A stretch of 64,000 bases of DNA from an uncultured Planctomycetaceae bacterium (lineage in GTDB: Bacteria > Planctomycetota > Planctomycetia > Planctomycetales > Planctomycetaceae): the NCBI GenBank assembly GCA_963813715.1, contig CAWFAK010000007.1, forward strand, positions 576,001 through 640,000, read 5' to 3'. Position 1 is the first letter of the stretch; each line of letters opens with the position of its first letter. The notes beneath the pieces were generated by a model. That model saw only the letters and a list, made by a program, of their open reading frames with translations, ran no database searches and was not told the DNA's origin. Below are positions 58,531 to 64,000 of this stretch, piece after piece. A program made the position numbers and the translations under genes.

Positions 58531-59568
58531 ATGGCTACTCTGTTACGAGCGACCGCGGCTTCGGGCCCGGCTCGCCTGACGCGGGGTTGCCTGGGCCTGT
58601 GTCTCATGACTCTGGCCGCCGCCGGCTGCGCCAGCAGCAGCGCGAGCGTGTCGAGCCCGCTCGCCAGCGCGACTCCTTCGTTCATGCTCTCCGATCAGGA
58701 GAAAGCCGAACGCAATCTGAAGGACCCGGCCTCGCTGCACATGGCCTACGGCCGGTTCGAGGAGCAGATCGGCCAGCCGGGCGAAGCTCACAAGTATTAC
58801 GAGAAGGCGCTCGCGGAAAATCCGCATGCGGTCGAAGCGGTGATCGGCATCGCGCGCCTGGACCAGTTGGCCGACAAGTCGAAAGAAGCCGAAGCCGGCT
58901 TCCAACGCGCCCTGGCGATGAAGCCGGGTGACGCGGCGGTGATGGCGGCCTGCGGACAATTCTATGCGTCGCAAAAACGCTGGCCCGAAGCGGTCAAACA
59001 TCTGAACGCGGCCATCGCGGCCGCCCCGAAAGTCGCCATCTACAAGCATCAACTGGCGGTCGCCGCGACGCGCGCGGGTGACATCAACGGTGGACTGGCG
59101 GTCTTCAATCAGCTGGTTGGACCCGAGAAAGCTCACTACAACGTCGCCTACTTGCTGGCCCAGGACGGCCGCAAGGACGTGGCGGCGCAAGAATGCCGGG
59201 CCGCCTTGGCCATCAATCCGAAGTTCGAGCCGGCCAAGACCATGCTCGACCAGCTGCAGTCCCAAGTCGCCGGCGATCCGCACGGGATGAACCATCCGCC
59301 GTCGACCGCTGTCGCCCGCCCCGCGACCGTGGGTCCGTCGAACAACGGCATGGCTCCGGTTGCACTGGGCAACCCGAATCAACCGTCATCCGGTGCGACA
59401 CAGGCCTCGTGGCAAGCCGGCACGACGGGCTCCAACGGCTTTGGCACGGCCAGTCGCGCGAACGGATCCTTCGATCCGGCCTTGCCCAAAGCGGGCATCG
59501 TCGGCGCCACGCCCGCCGGCGATTACTCGGCCGATCCGTGGGCGACCATCCCCGCGCCGCCGAAGTAA
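58531..59568 (+). CDS. Tetratricopeptide repeat lipoprotein
   Basis: GGGAGG SD, lipobox LAAAGC, TPR-like helices and a low-complexity tail. Confidence 0.82.
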   Translation: MATLLRATAASGPARLTRGCLGLCLMTLAAAGCASSSASVSSPLASATPSFMLSDQEKAERNLKDPASLHMAYGRFEEQIGQPGEAHKYYEKALAENPHAVEAVIGIARLDQLADKSKEAEAGFQRALAMKPGDAAVMAACGQFYASQKRWPEAVKHLNAAIAAAPKVAIYKHQLAVAATRAGDINGGLAVFNQLVGPEKAHYNVAYLLAQDGRKDVAAQECRAALAINPKFEPAKTMLDQLQSQVAGDPHGMNHPPSTAVARPATVGPSNNGMAPVALGNPNQPSSGATQASWQAGTTGSNGFGTASRANGSFDPALPKAGIVGATPAGDYSADPWATIPAPPK

Positions 59569-59632
59569 CGCGTTCCGCCGCTCTCTTGTAGGGTAAGGCG
59601 ACGTCGTTTCTCGCCTCTGGCCCCTTCTCAGT

Positions 59633-60226
59633 TCAAGTCAGCTCGCGGGCGGCAGATTCAGCAGGCGGCGGATCTCTTCGGTTGGCGGCTTGGTGAATGC
59701 GAAGGCCGCGACCTCGAAGTTGCCGGCGCCGTTGTAGACGACGGGAAATCCGCAGCGCACCAGCAGAGCCGTCAGCGATTTCTTCGTGAAGCCGGTTTTG
59801 TGCGCCCAGAAATCGTTGCCACTCCGCTCGATTTCCGTCCCAGGCCATAGAGCACATCGCGCACGGTGATCGGCCCTGCTGGCGATTGATAGAGCAGGTC
59901 ATCGACATCCAGCCCGCGGCGGACGACGGTCTGCATCAAATCGGCAAGGTCGGGAACGCGAATCTCGGCAAAGCCGTCCGCGTTGAGCACGTGGCGAAAC
60001 CCGGCGAGCACCCGCGAAACATCGTGACGGTAATAGTGCTCAAGATTGTGGCTGCAGTAGACGGCATCGAATTGAGCAGCGGGCAATGTCGTCAACTCAC
60101 GGGCATCGCAAACAACGTCGGGTGCGCCCGGGGATCGATGTCGAGCAGAATGTGCTCCCATCCCTGATACACGGGCGGCAGCGGAATGGTCTTATTCGCA
60201 CCCCCGACGTTGAGCACTCGTTTCAT
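59633..60226 (-). CDS. Class I SAM-dependent methyltransferase (two frameshifts)
   Basis: MKRVLNVGG, LLDID, FDAVYCSHNLEH, IRVPDL and AHKTGFT across frames. Confidence 0.8.
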
Positions 60227-60313
60227 GGCTCCCTACTCGCATGCCTACCGTGGTTCCTGGTGCTCGCTCGCTCTCCTGTTCCCATCCAAATCGGACAGCG
60301 CGTCCGCCAGCAC

Positions 60314-61819
60314 TCAGCGGAAAGCCTGGCCCCAGGCCGTTTCTTCGCGGAGGCGTTTTTTCAGGATCTTGCCGCCCGGGTTTCGCGGCAGGGGCTCGCT
60401 ACGGACGGAGACGTACTCCGGGACTTTGAAATCGGCGATCCGCGTTTTGACGAATGCCAGAAGATCGGCGACGTCGAGTTGCATTTTCGGCTTAGGCACG
60501 ATCACCGCTCCGACTTTTTCGCCCATCATTTCGTCCGGCACGGCCAGTACGGCGACTTCGAACACAGCCGGGTAGGCCGCCAGCGCGTTTTCGACTTCCA
60601 CGCAATAGACGTTCTCGCCGCCGCGGTTCACCATGTCTTTCGCGCGATCGACGATCTGCACGAACCCCTCGGCGTCCAGCCGCGCCAGGTCGCCGGAACG
60701 CAGCCAGCCGCCGGCGAAGGTTTCGGCCGATGCTTCTGGCTTGTTCCAGTAACCTTTGACGACGTTCGGCCCGCGGATCAACAGCTCGCCGACCCCCGGC
60801 TCGTACGCTGCCTCATCCAGTTTCAGATCGACGACGGGGGCCGCAAAGCCGACCGTTTCCGGCCGCTTGGCCGAATACTCGTGCGGGAGAAACGTGGCGA
60901 CCGAGCAGGTCTCGGTGAGGCCGAAGCCGTTGCCGATCCGCGCGTGCGGGAATGCCTCCATGATCCGCAGCACCAGATCGGGCGGCGTCGGGGCTCCGCC
61001 GTACGAGACCCAGCGCACTCCCGTCACGTCGGTCTGCGAGAAGTTCGGCTGATTGAGTGCCAGCCAATAAATGGCGGGCACAGAAACGAGCGAAGTGATC
61101 CGCTCTTCGACGGTCAGCCGCAAAAAGGCCTGCACATCGAAGGTCGGCATGATCACCGTGCATCCGCGGAGCGCGCAACTTGGCAAGAGCTGGCTGTTGC
61201 AGCCGGTCACGTGGAACAGCGGCACCGAGACGAGTGTCCGCAGGCTGCCGTCCATGGGGAGCGGCATGACGCGGCGGCACGTTTCGATGTTCGAGGTGAA
61301 GTTCTCATGCGTCGTCATCGCTCCCTTGGGGAAGCCGGTGGTGCCGCTGGTGTAAAAGATCGCCGCCACGTCGGCCGGTCCCGCAGCGTCGATCGCCAGC
61401 GGCGGTCCGTCGGGCGATGGCTGCCCGGGCTGGAACACGAATTTGCTGCCCGAATCGTCGATCACATACTGCGTCTCGGACTCGCTGAACCGCGTGTTGA
61501 CGGGGACGGCAATCGCTCCGGCCAGTTGAATGCCGAAGAACGCCAGGCACCAGTCGAGCCCGTTCCCCAGCCGAATCGCCACGCGATCGCCTCGCTCGAT
61601 CCCGGCCTGTTTGAGGCCGCCGGCAATCCGGGCGGAGCGGTCCCACAGCTGCCGATACGTCACCCGCGGGCCGCCCGCTTCGACGATGGCCTCGGCAGTC
61701 GGCGAGGCATCGACGGACGAACGCAGCATCGTCACAAGGGACGAATGCACGACCTGGTAGCGCTGGATGCCGTCGCTGCCGCGCACAATTTTGGATTGAT
61801 CGAACGGTTGAATCGCCAT
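60314..61819 (-). CDS. AMP-binding protein (acyl-CoA synthetase family)
   Basis: YTSGTTGFPKG, GFGLTE, SGD, RGGEN and GKILK. Confidence 0.92.
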   Translation of the reverse strand: MAIQPFDQSKIVRGSDGIQRYQVVHSSLVTMLRSSVDASPTAEAIVEAGGPRVTYRQLWDRSARIAGGLKQAGIERGDRVAIRLGNGLDWCLAFFGIQLAGAIAVPVNTRFSESETQYVIDDSGSKFVFQPGQPSPDGPPLAIDAAGPADVAAIFYTSGTTGFPKGAMTTHENFTSNIETCRRVMPLPMDGSLRTLVSVPLFHVTGCNSQLLPSCALRGCTVIMPTFDVQAFLRLTVEERITSLVSVPAIYWLALNQPNFSQTDVTGVRWVSYGGAPTPPDLVLRIMEAFPHARIGNGFGLTETCSVATFLPHEYSAKRPETVGFAAPVVDLKLDEAAYEPGVGELLIRGPNVVKGYWNKPEASAETFAGGWLRSGDLARLDAEGFVQIVDRAKDMVNRGGENVYCVEVENALAAYPAVFEVAVLAVPDEMMGEKVGAVIVPKPKMQLDVADLLAFVKTRIADFKVPEYVSVRSEPLPRNPGGKILKKRLREETAWGQAFR

Positions 61820-61934
61820 TTTTCTCGCCCTCGCCTGGAGTCTCATCTTGTGCCTCGCGGCCGATTGGTTGCAAGCTACAATGTGCCCGACGAGGGTGGG
61901 CGCTCCGGCGATCGCTTGCGGTCGGAGAAGGGAG

Positions 61935-61994
61935 CCCTCGCTCACGCTTCGGGTTAGTAAAGACGACACACCAACCCGAAGCCGTCAGCGAGGG
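61935..61994. repeat. REPIN-like inverted doublet, family B
   Basis: CCCTCGCTCACGCTTCGGGTTAGT ... ACCAACCCGAAGCCGTCAGCGAGGG. Confidence 0.8.
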
Positions 61995-62047
61995 ACGCTG
62001 CCCGACTCGCTTCGAATCACCGGACAGTCACCCGCACGAGGTTCGCC

Positions 62048-62305
62048 ATGGCCCAGAAACGCCGCGAGTTGGTTTCGACGTTCGTCGCTGGCGACGCCAC
62101 CGGACGCAAGGTGATCGTGCAGTACTATCGCGAGCTGGCCCTGAAGGCGGCCACCGGCGAGCCAGATCAGTGGGAACCGACCGGCACAACGACGCTCGTC
62201 ACCGAGGATGGCCGCGACGTGAAGCGGAAATCCAAAGGCGTGTACGAAATCATGTCCGTGCGTGGCACGAGCGTGCTCACCAGCAACGACCCCGACGCTC
62301 CGTAA
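62048..62305 (+). CDS. Small hypothetical protein
   Basis: GAGGT SD; 85-aa frame with host-like codon usage. Confidence 0.65.
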   Translation: MAQKRRELVSTFVAGDATGRKVIVQYYRELALKAATGEPDQWEPTGTTTLVTEDGRDVKRKSKGVYEIMSVRGTSVLTSNDPDAP

Positions 62306-62317
62306 GAGGCCAACTCG

Positions 62318-63173
62318 ATGTCAGCTCCGATGGCGAATCCTCAGAGCGCTCAGAAAGTTGTGCTGATCACCGGCGCGTCTTCGGGAATCGGCCAGGCATG
62401 CGCGGAGCATTTGGCCCGAACCGGTTGGCGCGTGTTCGGCACCAGTCGCAATGCGTCGCCGAGCGCCTCGGCCAAGCCGGGCGGCAACGGGTCGCTCGAG
62501 TTGATCCAGATGGACGTCGAGGACGAAGCGTCGGTCCGCCAGGGCGTCGACAACGTACTGGCTCGCGCCGGCCGACTTGATGCCGTGGTGAACAACGCGG
62601 GCATTTCGATCATGGGCTCGGTCGAAGACACGTCGATCGAAGAGGCGAAGGCCCAGCTGGAGACCAATTTTTTCGGCGTGTTGCGGGTTTGTCGTGCGAC
62701 GCTTCCTGTCCTTCGCAAGCAGCGGGGCGGGCACATCGTCAACATCAGCTCGCTGGCCGGCATCATCGGGCTCCCTTTCAGCGGCCTGTACAGTGCGAGC
62801 AAATTTGCCCTCGAAGGGGTGAGCGAAAGCCTCCGCATGGAGTGCCGGCAGTTTGGCGTTCGTGTCGTACTGGTCGAGCCGGGCGACTTTCGCACGAACA
62901 TCACCGTCCGCCGTCGCACGGTGCAAGCAGCCGAGACGAACGACGCCTATCGCGCCGCGTTCGCGCACTGCAAAAGGAAACAGGACCAGGACGAAGCCAA
63001 CGCCCGCACTCCGGAGGCGGTGGCACGGCTCGTCGCCCGCATTCTCAGCGATCCCAACCCGCGGACGCGCTATGCCGTCGGCATGTTCACGCAGACGATG
63101 GTGGTGCCACTGAAACGAATTCTTCCCGCAACGCGTGTTCGATTGGATGGCCCGGCAGGCGTTCGGCATGTGA
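62318..63173 (+). CDS. SDR family oxidoreductase (frameshift near 63125)
   Basis: TGASSGIG, NNAG, YSASK and VEPG; an alternate frame ends at TGA 63173. Confidence 0.9.
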
Positions 63174-63384
63174 TCGTCGGCTCGCGTCGCATTTCGAAAT
63201 GCGCGCTGCAACGGGTGCCTCCCAGCTCCAGCAATCTCCCTTTTTTCAAGCAATTCGACAAAAAAGCCGGATTTCTGTCCCCGCACGGCCTGTTCGTTCG
63301 CCATGACTAAAACGTCACGCTCCGCGCGACGCTTGGCTCACGGAGCAAATGATCGCAGTACGCTCAAAGAGGACGAATCAGTCA

Positions 63385-63939
63385 ATGAAAAGAACAATCA
63401 TCGGCGTCGCCATTGCCTGCGTGGTTTTGTATGTCTACGGATTCTTGTACTGGGGGATGGGGCCGTACAAGACGATGATCTGGAAACACACGCGCGACGA
63501 CGCAGCCGCGGGTGCGGCGCTTCGCGAGTATTTCCCGGAAAACGGAACCTACCTCGTCCCGGGCTTCGCCAACGACGATGCCACCATGGAAACGCTCAGC
63601 AAGAAAGGGCCGGTCGCGCTCGTCAACATGATCGCCGTGGAAGGATCGGCCACATTCGATCCGATGATGTTGATCAAAGGTTTCTTCCTGAACCTTGTCG
63701 TGATCATCCTCATCGCGCTCTTGCTGAGACGGGTCGTGGCATGCCTGCCGTCGTACATGAACCGGGTGATGTTTGTCGCCTTGGCCGGGCTGACCGCCAC
63801 CGTCCTCATCGACGGTGGGGACATTGCCTGGTGGCACATTTCCTGGACCTGGAAGCTCTACCAGGCGTTTTACTCGTTCTCGTTTTGGGTCATCACCGGT
63901 CTGATCCTGGCCCGGTTCGTCACGCCGAAACCAGCTTGA
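63385..63939 (+). CDS. Hypothetical membrane protein (about four TM helices)
   Basis: Hydrophobic segments; AGAGGA SD. Confidence 0.7.
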   Translation: MKRTIIGVAIACVVLYVYGFLYWGMGPYKTMIWKHTRDDAAAGAALREYFPENGTYLVPGFANDDATMETLSKKGPVALVNMIAVEGSATFDPMMLIKGFFLNLVVIILIALLLRRVVACLPSYMNRVMFVALAGLTATVLIDGGDIAWWHISWTWKLYQAFYSFSFWVITGLILARFVTPKPA

Positions 63940-64000
63940 CGGGGCGTCTTGCGATTGGACCGCAAGACCTGAGAAAATGCGGGCATGATCGATCGCTTCG

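Overview
GC-rich chromosomal segment, very likely from a planctomycete (PSD1/DUF1549-DUF1553 cytochrome protein next to a DUF1501 gene, PQQ-like beta-propeller, several short intergenic palindromic repeats). It holds about 55 genes, mostly housekeeping or metabolic: fabF, infC/rpmI/rplT/pheS, fliM, proA, gdhA, ispA-dxs, a C-terminal processing protease, sdhCAB-gcvT, a CCA-adding enzyme, inositol oxygenase and a lipid A acyltransferase. I saw no rRNA, tRNA, CRISPR array, integrase or transposase. About 17 genes, including pheS and sdhA, are split by small indels; these are most likely long-read consensus errors. The most notable unexplained structure is non-coding: (i) a ~550 bp cluster of about 11 TGTCCCGTCCC-like motifs between infC and rpmI; (ii) four tandem GGTC-N6-GACC palindromes upstream of a triple zinc-ribbon protein; (iii) about eight families of REP/REPIN-like inverted repeats, two of which bracket an operon or a gene. 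Also of note: a degenerate GGDEF protein with an intact RxxD site, a candidate Tad-pilus accessory trio, and several apparently leaderless promoters. All assignments come from reading the sequence and motifs; no database searches were run.
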